DNA from: Acidimicrobiia bacterium
Lineage (GTDB): Bacteria > Actinomycetota > Acidimicrobiia > Spongiisociales > ZC4RG35
Assembly (NCBI GenBank): GCA_049578105.1
Contig: JBAULI010000017.1
Coordinates: 3-64,002, forward strand
Direction: 5' to 3'
Length of the DNA stretch: 64,000 bases
In this document: positions 9,493 through 17,274 of the stretch, one piece after another
How the letters are laid out: each line of letters begins with the position of its first letter
Position numbering within the stretch: the first letter of the stretch is position 1
Made by a program: the position numbers and the translations under genes
The notes under the pieces: generated by a model
Databases searched by the model: none
What the model saw: only the letters and a program-made list of their open reading frames with translations
What the model was told of the DNA's origin: nothing

Positions 9493-10647
9493 ATGTCCGT
9501 GGAGAGACGTCATCGCATAGCGGCCGGAAGCCCGGTCGTGGTGAAGGCCGGGACGTCGAGTCTGGTCAAGGCCGGCGGTCGTCTGGATGACGAGGCGTTG
9601 CGGACGACGGTGGGACATGTCGTCGGCCTCGCCCGTGAAGGCTACAAGCCGGTCCTGGTGTCCTCCGGGGCCGTCGCAGCGGGCATGCCGGCGCTCGGAT
9701 TGGAACATCGGCCGACAGACGTCCCAGGGCTACAGGCGGCGGCTGCTGTGGGTCAAGGGCTCCTGATGGAGCGGTACGCCACCCTGTTCGCCGAAGAGGA
9801 AATGGTTGTCGGGCAGATACTGCTCACCAAGGACCTGCTGGCCAGCCGTCTCCAATACCTGCACGCCCGCGACGCCTTGCAGCGACTGCTCAGCCTCGGT
9901 GTGGTCCCGATCATCAATGAGAACGACACGGTCGTCGTCGACGAGTTGAGGCTCGGCGACAACGATCGGCTCGCAGCGGTGGTCTCGCACCTGGTGAATG
10001 CGGGCATCCTCGTGATCCTCACCGACACACGAGGCCTCTACTCCGCCGACCCGCGTGTCGTCGAGGAGCCCGAGCTCCTCACGGCGGTTCACGCCACCGA
10101 CCTCGCTCTCGACGAAGTGGCGGGGGGAGCGTCTGGCCCGTTTGGCTCCGGTGGGGCGGCCACGAAGGTGGCAGCGGCGCGAATGGCCGCCTGGTCGGGC
10201 ATCCCGACGGTGATCGCCGATGCTGGCCAGGAAGGAGTGGTGGCATCGGCAGTGAATGGCGACGAGGTCGGGACCTGGGTGGCCCCACACCCGGAGAGGC
10301 TGGCTGCCCGGAAGCTGTGGATAGCGTTTGGCCAGCGCTCCGAGGGCCGGATAATCGTGGACGCCGGCGCCGCCGAGGCCCTGATCGGTCAGGGAAAGTC
10401 TCTGCTCGCAGTCGGTGTCACTTCGGTCGAAGGAGAATTCGAGGCGGGCGCCGCCGTCGACGTCGTGGACGAGATGGGTGTCTCGATAGGAAAGGGTGTG
10501 ATCGGGCTCGGCTCATCCGGGGCCCGAGAGGCGGTGGGAAAACACAGTTCTGAGGTCGGGGTCCTCATACATCGCGACGACTTCGTCCGATTGGCGCCAC
10601 CGCCGGTTTCCGGAGCCCGCCTGAGCGCCGATAGGCTCCCGACGTGA
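9493..10647 (+). CDS. proB: Glutamate 5-kinase (with C-terminal PUA domain)
   Basis: VVVKAGTSSLV... amino-acid kinase fold, a …GSGGAATKVAAAR… motif and a C-terminal PUA domain (IIVDAGAAEALIGQGKSLLAVGV). Confidence 0.9.
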   Translation: MSVERRHRIAAGSPVVVKAGTSSLVKAGGRLDDEALRTTVGHVVGLAREGYKPVLVSSGAVAAGMPALGLEHRPTDVPGLQAAAAVGQGLLMERYATLFAEEEMVVGQILLTKDLLASRLQYLHARDALQRLLSLGVVPIINENDTVVVDELRLGDNDRLAAVVSHLVNAGILVILTDTRGLYSADPRVVEEPELLTAVHATDLALDEVAGGASGPFGSGGAATKVAAARMAAWSGIPTVIADAGQEGVVASAVNGDEVGTWVAPHPERLAARKLWIAFGQRSEGRIIVDAGAAEALIGQGKSLLAVGVTSVEGEFEAGAAVDVVDEMGVSIGKGVIGLGSSGAREAVGKHSSEVGVLIHRDDFVRLAPPPVSGARLSADRLPT

Positions 10648-11882
10648 TCGACGAGGTTGGAAAGCGAGCTAGCGATGCCTCTCATCTGCTTCGGGGCTCC
10701 ACGGGCTCCGCCCGCGCCGCGGCTCTGATTGCGATGGCCGACGCGATCATCGAAGACTCGGCCTCGATCCTGGAAGCCAACGCCCAAGACATGGGCCAGG
10801 CAAGCGTCGAAGGCATCGCCGGGGCTCTCCTTGACCGACTCCGACTCAACGACGATCGGCTCTCGAGCATGGCCGCCAGCCTCCGAAAGGTCGCCGCCCT
10901 TCCGGACCCGGTTGGTCGGGAGACGGGAGGTTGGTCGCTGTACAACGGGATCAGGCTGCATCGCGTCCGGGTGCCCCTCGGAGTGGTGGCCGTCATATAC
11001 GAGGCGCGCCCGAACGTCACGGCTGACGCTTCCGGTCTCTGCATACGCTCCGGCAACGCGGTGATCCTCAGGGGCTCGTCGTATGCCTTCCGATCCAATC
11101 GATCGATCACCGATGCGCTCAGACGTGCATTGAGGGAAGCCGGTTTGCCCGAGGACGGCATCCAACTCCTCGGTGACACCACGAGGGAGGGGGCGCGCGC
11201 CCTGATGCAAGCCACCGAATGGGTCGATCTCCTGGTCCCTCGTGGCGGTCCGGGCCTGATCGAAGCCGTGAGGAGGGACGCAACGGTCCCAACTGTCATC
11301 GATGGCTCGGGCAACTGTCATGTCTACGTCGACGTGGACGCCGATCTGGCCAAGGCCACCGCCATCGTGCTGAACGCCAAGACCCAGCGTCCCGGTGTCT
11401 GCAATGCCGCCGAGAAGCTCCTCGTTCATGGGGCCATCGCCGAGGAATTCCTCCCAGCGATGGTCAAAGCCCTCGAGGCCGAGGGGGTCGAGATGCGCGG
11501 CGATCATCGGGTGCGGGAGATAGCACCGGCCGTGGGGGAGGCGGGTGAGCAGGACTGGTCGACCGAGTACCTGGACATGATCATCGCCATAGCGATAGTC
11601 GATGACGTCGGTGGCGCCATCGAGCACGTTCGTCGTCATGGCACGGGTCACACCGAGGCGATCGTCACAGAGAGCATTCCCACGGCGCAGCGGTTCATCG
11701 ATGGGATCGACACAGCCGTGGTGGCGGTGAATGCGTCGACCCGGTTCACCGACGGGGAAGAGTTCGGTTTTGGCGCCGAGATCGGGAACTCGACGCAGAA
11801 GCTCCATGTGCGTGGGCCGATGGGCCTGGAGTCACTCACCAGCGAGCGATACGTCCTGTACGGGGACGGGCAGACACGATGA
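10644..11882 (+). CDS. proA: Gamma-glutamyl phosphate reductase
   Basis: Aldehyde-dehydrogenase-like ProA sequence with a catalytic Cys region (GSGNCHVYVD...CNAAEKLLVH). 4-nt overlap with proB. Confidence 0.9.
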   Translation: MIDEVGKRASDASHLLRGSTGSARAAALIAMADAIIEDSASILEANAQDMGQASVEGIAGALLDRLRLNDDRLSSMAASLRKVAALPDPVGRETGGWSLYNGIRLHRVRVPLGVVAVIYEARPNVTADASGLCIRSGNAVILRGSSYAFRSNRSITDALRRALREAGLPEDGIQLLGDTTREGARALMQATEWVDLLVPRGGPGLIEAVRRDATVPTVIDGSGNCHVYVDVDADLAKATAIVLNAKTQRPGVCNAAEKLLVHGAIAEEFLPAMVKALEAEGVEMRGDHRVREIAPAVGEAGEQDWSTEYLDMIIAIAIVDDVGGAIEHVRRHGTGHTEAIVTESIPTAQRFIDGIDTAVVAVNASTRFTDGEEFGFGAEIGNSTQKLHVRGPMGLESLTSERYVLYGDGQTR

Positions 11883-11970
11883 TCGCTGTCGGGGCTGAGG
11901 TTGCGGTTAGGTCCAGCCGCACTGCTACACTTGCCGTTGTTCCCCCGGATCAATTCAGGTTTAACGCGTA

Positions 11971-12228
11971 ATGAAGACAACCACCGAGATAGTCGCCGAG
12001 TACGGGACTCATGACAGCGACACCGGCTCGCCGGAAGTGCAAGTCGCCCTGCTCAGCGAGCGGATCAATCATCTGACCGAGCATCTCCGTGAACACAAGC
12101 ACGATCATCACAGCCGGCGTGGCCTGCTGATGATGGTGGGCCAGCGCCGCCGCCTCCTCGACTATTTGCGTAGACAGGATGTGGAGCGATATCGAAGTCT
12201 CATCTCCAAGTTGGGACTCCGACGCTGA
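11971..12228 (+). CDS. rpsO: 30S ribosomal protein S15
   Basis: …[50 protein letters not shown]… is near-canonical S15. Confidence 0.95.
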   Translation: MKTTTEIVAEYGTHDSDTGSPEVQVALLSERINHLTEHLREHKHDHHSRRGLLMMVGQRRRLLDYLRRQDVERYRSLISKLGLRR

Positions 12229-12236
12229 TTAGATTT

Positions 12237-12306
12237 CGTGAGGGCGGGTGACCGCTCCTCACGTTCATGGGGCTCATGCCCCAACCGAACCCGACCGGTA
12301 GTCGGG
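12237..12306 (+). promoter_or_regulatory. Structured rpsO-pnp intercistronic leader: rpsO 3' hairpin plus two further hairpins (candidate Actino-pnp-type cis-regulatory / RNase III processing region)
   Basis: Long imperfect hairpin CGTGAGGGCGG-GTGA-CCGCTCCTCACG (12237-12263), then GGGGC-TCAT-GCCCC (12269-12282), then CCCGAC-CGGTA-GTCGGG (12290-12306). All lie in the 205-nt leader before the pnp GTG at 12434. No U-tract follows the first hairpin. Confidence 0.45.
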
Positions 12307-12433
12307 AGCAAGACGGCTACTGCCCAAGCAGAGCCCAAAGATGAGCCCTGCCAGTTGTCAGTGGCGATGCCTCACGAGACAGGAGGCATGACCACTGCCA
12401 ACGGGCGCGGCTCCCAAACACAAGGAGCACTTA

Positions 12434-14836
12434 GTGCCCGAAATCTCCGTAACGGGGACCATCGGCGGCAAAGAGTTCGTCCTGAGCACCGGCAAGCTTG
12501 CCGGTCAGGCCGACGGCGCCGTTGTCGCCCGTCTCGGCGGAACCCAAATGTTGGTTACCGCCACAGCAAACAAGAAGTTGCGAGAGGGTGTCGATTTCTT
12601 CCCCCTCACGGTCGACTTCGAAGAGCGCATGTACTCGGTGGGGAAGATCCCCGGGTCGTTCTTCCGTCGTGAGGGTCGTCCCTCCGAGCAGGCCATCTTG
12701 ACCTGTCGACTCATCGACCGGCCACTTCGTCCATCGTTCGCAGACGGCTACAGGTGTGAGACCCACGTGGTCGTCACATCGCTGGCAGTCGATCAAGAGA
12801 ACCCGTTCGACGTGGTCGCCCTCAACGGCGCCTCGGCCGCTCTGACGGTCAGCTCGATTCCCTTCCAAGGCCCGATCGGCGGGGTGCGCCTCGGTCTGAA
12901 GAACGGGGAGTGGATCCCATTCCCAACCCACGATGATCTCGAAGAGTCCGTCTTCGAATTGGTCGTCGCCGGTGGCCGGAACGACGAAGGTGGGATCGAC
13001 GTCATCATGGTCGAGGCCGGTTCGACTCCGAACGGTCTCCGCCTGATCGCAGACGGGCAGGCCCCGTCCGACGAGGACACGGTGGCCCGTGGGCTCGAAG
13101 AGGCGAAGCAATACATCGGCGAGGCAATCGATCTCCAGAACGAGTTGGCCGCCAAGGTCACGAAGAAGGAGGTCGAGTGGCCGATCGCCCTCGACTACAC
13201 CGACGAGATGTTCGACCGGGTCCGCCAGATCGCGGAGCCAAAGCTCGCATCGGTCGTGTCCATCGCAGACAAGCAGGAGCGCAATGCGGCTCAGGATGCG
13301 GCCCTCGAGGCCACGATCTCCGAATTGGGCTTGGCAGAGGATGACGACGAAGGTCGCACTCAGGCTGGTCGCGCCTTCAAGTCGGTCCTGAAGGACCTGA
13401 TGAGAAAGCGCGTGGTCGAAGAGGGGATCAGGCTCGATGGTCGCGGCCCTACCGACATCCGGCCGATTTCGGCCGAGGTTGGCCTGGTGCCGCGTACCCA
13501 TGGGTCCGGGCTCTTCACACGTGGTGAGACCCAGGTGCTGAACCTGACCACGTTGGGGATGCTCAAGATGGAGCAGATGCTCGACACGCTCGCCCTCGAG
13601 GACTCGAAGCGTTACATGCATCACTACAACTTCCCGCCGTTCTCGACCGGCGAAGCCGGATTCATGAGAGGCCCGAAGCGTCGTGAGATCGGGCACGGAG
13701 CTCTTGCCGAGAAGGCCGTGCTCCCGGTGATACCCACCGAGGAAGATTTCCCGTACGCCTTGAGGCTCGTCTCCGAGGTCCTGTCCTCGAACGGCTCGAC
13801 CTCGATGGCCTCCGTGTGCGCATCCTCCCTGTCCCTGATGGATGCGGGTGTGCCGATTGCCGCCCCCGTGGGCGGCATCGCAATGGGCCTCATCGAGAGG
13901 GACGGAAAGTACGTCACTCTGACCGACATCTTGGGAGCCGAGGACGCCCTGGGCGACATGGACTTCAAGGTGGCCGGGACGAGAGACGTCATCACTGCCC
14001 TTCAACTCGACACAAAGCTCGAAGGTCTTCCCTCCGAGGTGCTGGCCAAGGCGCTCGATCAGGCGAAGGCAGCTCGTCTCATCATCCTCGACAAGATGGC
14101 TGAGGCAATCTCCGAGCCACGCAAGGAGATGAACGAGTACGCACCGCGCATCGAGTCGATCGAGATCCCCAAGGACAAGATCGGCGAGGTGATCGGTCCC
14201 AAGGGAGCCGTCATCCGCGAGCTCGAGGAAGTGACCGGTGCCGCGATCGAGATCGAAGAGGCCGACGGCAAGGGAATCGTGAGGATTGCCTCCTCCGATG
14301 GTGCCGCCCTGGCCGCCGCTCGGGAGAAGATCACACAGATCGCATTCCCACCAGAAGTCGAGCTCGGCGAGGTCTATCACGGCAAGGTGGTCAACATCAC
14401 CAAGTTCGGGGCGTTCGTGAACATCCTTCCCGGACGTGACGGTCTGCTTCACATCTCGCGTTTGGACGGCTCGAAGCGCGTCGAGCGCGTCGAGGACTAT
14501 CTGACCGATGGCCAGGAGCTCGACGTTCGGGTTCGTGAGATCGATCGGGGGAAGGTCAGCCTCGAGCTGGTCAACGCCCTCGAAGGGGCGACACTCCCCG
14601 ACTCGGAGCCGGCTCGCCAGGGTGGCGGTGATCGTGGTCGTGACAACGGCGGCGGTCGTGACCGTGATCGGGGCAGTCGCGATCGCGGGGGCCGTGAGCG
14701 CAGCGGTGGCGGTTCGAGGGACCGAGAGAAGCAGCCCGCGAGCAGCGAGGCCGGCTCTCAGCAGAGCGGTGGCGGCGAGCGGCGCCGTGTGGCCAAGAGC
14801 TTCGACGAGGCATTCGAAGAGATGAGCGAATCCTGA
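12434..14836 (+). CDS. pnp: Polyribonucleotide nucleotidyltransferase (PNPase) with a roughly 80-aa C-terminal Arg/Gly/Asp-rich tail
   Basis: Two RNase PH domains, KH and S1 (…GEVYHGKVVNITKFGAFVNILPGRDGLLHIS…). The protein then continues with GGGDRGRDNGGGRDRDRGSRDRGGRERSGGGSRDRE…. Good RBS (AAGGAG) 7 nt before the GTG. Confidence 0.95.
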   Translation: MPEISVTGTIGGKEFVLSTGKLAGQADGAVVARLGGTQMLVTATANKKLREGVDFFPLTVDFEERMYSVGKIPGSFFRREGRPSEQAILTCRLIDRPLRPSFADGYRCETHVVVTSLAVDQENPFDVVALNGASAALTVSSIPFQGPIGGVRLGLKNGEWIPFPTHDDLEESVFELVVAGGRNDEGGIDVIMVEAGSTPNGLRLIADGQAPSDEDTVARGLEEAKQYIGEAIDLQNELAAKVTKKEVEWPIALDYTDEMFDRVRQIAEPKLASVVSIADKQERNAAQDAALEATISELGLAEDDDEGRTQAGRAFKSVLKDLMRKRVVEEGIRLDGRGPTDIRPISAEVGLVPRTHGSGLFTRGETQVLNLTTLGMLKMEQMLDTLALEDSKRYMHHYNFPPFSTGEAGFMRGPKRREIGHGALAEKAVLPVIPTEEDFPYALRLVSEVLSSNGSTSMASVCASSLSLMDAGVPIAAPVGGIAMGLIERDGKYVTLTDILGAEDALGDMDFKVAGTRDVITALQLDTKLEGLPSEVLAKALDQAKAARLIILDKMAEAISEPRKEMNEYAPRIESIEIPKDKIGEVIGPKGAVIRELEEVTGAAIEIEEADGKGIVRIASSDGAALAAAREKITQIAFPPEVELGEVYHGKVVNITKFGAFVNILPGRDGLLHISRLDGSKRVERVEDYLTDGQELDVRVREIDRGKVSLELVNALEGATLPDSEPARQGGGDRGRDNGGGRDRDRGSRDRGGRERSGGGSRDREKQPASSEAGSQQSGGGERRRVAKSFDEAFEEMSES

Positions 14837-14858
14837 ACCCAGGGATTCCAATGATGTG

Positions 14859-14892
14859 AAAGGGACGGGCTTGCCCGTCCCTTTCGCTTTTG
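14859..14892 (+). terminator. Intrinsic terminator of pnp
   Basis: GGGACGGGC-TTG-CCCGTCCC stem-loop followed by a TTTCGCTTTTG T-tract, 25 nt after the pnp stop. Confidence 0.8.
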
Positions 14893-14927
14893 CGTCATAG
14901 ACTCGCACCAAGTGATCTGGGGGCAGG

Positions 14928-15635
14928 ATGGCGGTTGAGACTCGCGGAGTCGTGCAGTTGCGTGGCACATCCAAACGCGTCCCCGTGACCGTTCGCGCCG
15001 ACCACCATCACCTGTGGGTCGCCTCTGGCGACGACGTGATCGGCGACTGGGACGTGTCGAACATCGGCATCCAGGCTCTAAATGACGGTTTCTCGCTCAG
15101 GGTCGAGGGTGAGGAGATCATCCTGAAGACAGATGACGATCCCGGCATCGCCGAGGAGATCGGCATGATGGCGGCCTCGCCGCGTCTGGCGAGACGTCTT
15201 GCCGCATCCCATCCCCCTGAGGAGAGGGTCCCCTCACCCGAGCCGATGCCGATCAGGTCGAATCTCGGCCCGATCATCTTCGCCCTCGGAGGTGCATTGA
15301 TTCTCGCAGGGGGATTCTTCCTGCGTCAGGACCCGGAGTTGACGGCGGACAATCGATCGGTTGTCGAAGGCTTGCAGTCTTCCGGGCGCTTCTGGCTCGC
15401 TTTCGTGATCGGCGGCCTGGCGATGGCGGCCACTGGCTACGTGCTCGCCCGTGGCTCTCGCTGGGCACGGCTCGTTGCCGGGGTGGTGATGGTGGCGATC
15501 GTGATCCTCTTCGGGGTGGCCGCCTCGACTTCTGCGCCGGCGACCCAGCACCTTCTCGCCTACGGCTTCGTGGCGGGGGGGATCGTGGTCGGCGTTGCGG
15601 TCCTCTTCAGCGAGAACTTGAACGACGGTGGCTGA
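14928..15635 (+). CDS. Hypothetical membrane protein (N-terminal soluble domain plus about 4 TM helices)
   Basis: ORF with a GGGCAGG RBS-like purine stretch. The C-terminal half is hydrophobic (LGPIIFALGGALILAGGFF…, FWLAFVIGGLAMAATGYVLA…). The N-terminal domain shares the motif pattern aG..iG.W..h.IQ…EG..i…DDP with ORF 22296-22628. Confidence 0.5.
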   Translation: MAVETRGVVQLRGTSKRVPVTVRADHHHLWVASGDDVIGDWDVSNIGIQALNDGFSLRVEGEEIILKTDDDPGIAEEIGMMAASPRLARRLAASHPPEERVPSPEPMPIRSNLGPIIFALGGALILAGGFFLRQDPELTADNRSVVEGLQSSGRFWLAFVIGGLAMAATGYVLARGSRWARLVAGVVMVAIVILFGVAASTSAPATQHLLAYGFVAGGIVVGVAVLFSENLNDGG

Positions 15636-15655
15636 GCGGCGTTACCGTCCCCCCG

Positions 15656-16546
15656 GTGCCTGAGCTCCCGGACATCACGGTCTACATCGAGGCATTGGAG
15701 ACCCGAGTCCTCGGTGAGACGCTACGCGGTGTGAGAGTGGCATCCCCCTCGGTGCTGCGCACCTATGACCCTCCCTTCGACGCAGCGGTTGGCTCGCGAG
15801 TCGAGGCGATTCATCGCGTCGGGAAGCGGATCGTGTTCGAGTTCGCGGATGAGACATACATGGTTATCCATCTCATGGTGGCGGGGCGGCTTCGTTGGGA
15901 GACCACTGGCAAGCCGATCCCGAAGAAGGTTGGTTTGGCGGCTCTCGACTTCGACCCCGGATCTTTGATCCTCACCGAGCAGGGAACCAAGAAGCGGGCC
16001 GGGATCTGGGTCGTTGGAAGTTGGGAGGATGTCGCCAGACTGGATCGTGGGGGAGTGGAGCCACTCGACATCGACACCGCGGAGTTCGGGATGGCACTGA
16101 GAAGGGAGAATCGCACCCTGAAGAGGGCACTGACCGATCCCCGGATCTTCTCCGGCATCGGCAACGCATACTCGGATGAGATCCTCTGGAGGGCGATGCT
16201 CTCACCGGTCAAGAGGACAGGTCAACTGAGTGACGATGAGATCCGGAGGCTTCACGAGGCGGTCATGGTCTCACTGACCGAGTGGACCGCCCTGTTGAGG
16301 GCAGAAGTGGGGGAAGGATGGCCGTCGAAGGTGACCGCCTTCCGGGATGAGATGGCAGTCCACGGGAAGTACGGGGTCCCGTGCCCGCGCTGTGGGTCCA
16401 AGGTGCAACGCATCGTCTACGCCAGCAACGAGACGAACTATTGCGCCACATGTCAGACCAACGGCAAGCTCCTCGCCGATCGCTCGCTGTCGCGTCTACT
16501 CAAGGACGACTGGCCCAAGACACTGGAAGAAATGGAAGAGGCCTGA
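15656..16546 (+). CDS. Fpg/Nei family DNA glycosylase / AP lyase
   Basis: GTG start giving MPELPD (catalytic Pro2). H2TH region and a C-terminal zinc finger CPRCGSKVQRIVYASNETNYCATCQ. Confidence 0.85.
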   Translation: MPELPDITVYIEALETRVLGETLRGVRVASPSVLRTYDPPFDAAVGSRVEAIHRVGKRIVFEFADETYMVIHLMVAGRLRWETTGKPIPKKVGLAALDFDPGSLILTEQGTKKRAGIWVVGSWEDVARLDRGGVEPLDIDTAEFGMALRRENRTLKRALTDPRIFSGIGNAYSDEILWRAMLSPVKRTGQLSDDEIRRLHEAVMVSLTEWTALLRAEVGEGWPSKVTAFRDEMAVHGKYGVPCPRCGSKVQRIVYASNETNYCATCQTNGKLLADRSLSRLLKDDWPKTLEEMEEA

Positions 16547-16559
16547 TCGATATTGCTTA

Positions 16560-16575
16560 TCGAACATATGTTCGA
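16560..16575. promoter_or_regulatory. LexA (SOS) box TCGAAC-ATAT-GTTCGA upstream of imuA'
   Basis: Perfect 16-bp palindrome matching the Gram-positive/actinobacterial Cheo-box consensus TCGAAC-N4-GTTCGA. Lies 10 bp before the TTG start of the imuA'-like gene. The identical 16-mer occurs at 43480-43495 before dnaE2. Confidence 0.75.
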
Positions 16576-16584
16576 TAAGCTCGA

Positions 16585-17274
16585 TTGCCCGGCAATGGAG
16601 TCAGTTTGGGCATCGAAGGTGTTGCGCTCCGAGATGCAGCGTCGTTTCTAGATCTCGATGAGAGAGACGAGAGAGATGAGAGAGATGAGAGATATCTGCG
16701 TCTTCAGCCGGGCAGGGTCGTCGAGCTGGTCGGAGCACCTGGCTCCGGGCTCACACGACTGGGTCTGAGACTCCTCGCCGAGCCCTCGAAGCAAGCTCCT
16801 GTCGTTGCATTGGACACCAGGGGTTGGATATCGCCGGAGGCTGCATGGGAGACAGGTGTCCTATCCGACAACCTGATAATCGTGCGTTGTGGCAACAGGA
16901 GTGTTTGGCCGAAGGTCACGGCTGCCCTTCTCGAGGGGATCAGGGCCCTGTATGCCGAAGTTCCCGTCGGTGTCAGAGATCACGATCTGCGTCGTCTGGC
17001 GGCATTGGCCAGGGCTCGCCGTGTCTCGATCGTCATGCGTTCCATGGGTAGTGGCCTGCCTGTGGGTGTGGCTCATCTGAGGCTCCGTGCAATTGGGGTC
17101 ACCTGGGAGGGCGCCGATCAAGGTCATGGCCGGTTGAAGAGACGTCGTCTCCATTTGGAGGCATCAGGAAAGGGAGCGGCAGGCACGACCCGTCGATTCG
17201 AGGTGGAGGATGAAGGTTCGGACGCTGTGCGTGTGGTTTCCGATGTGGTCTTTGGGGAGGCCAGACGCCCCTGA
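16585..17274 (+). CDS. imuA': ImuA'-like SOS mutagenesis protein (RecA-fold / SulA-like), with an internal (ERD)n repeat
   Basis: TTG start right after the LexA box. Contains VVELVGAPGSGLTRLGLRLLAE (P-loop-like, as in ImuA/ImuA'). Overlaps and precedes imuB as in the mycobacterial imuA'-imuB cassette. N-terminal DERDERDERDER is encoded by a GAGAGAGAY tandem repeat. Confidence 0.55.
   Translation: MPGNGVSLGIEGVALRDAASFLDLDERDERDERDERYLRLQPGRVVELVGAPGSGLTRLGLRLLAEPSKQAPVVALDTRGWISPEAAWETGVLSDNLIIVRCGNRSVWPKVTAALLEGIRALYAEVPVGVRDHDLRRLAALARARRVSIVMRSMGSGLPVGVAHLRLRAIGVTWEGADQGHGRLKRRRLHLEASGKGAAGTTRRFEVEDEGSDAVRVVSDVVFGEARRP

Noticed and set aside
12431-14974. 847-aa ORF antisense to pnp
   Set aside because: High-GC antisense open frame with low-complexity V/G/L/R composition and no domain. 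The sense-strand PNPase is unambiguous.
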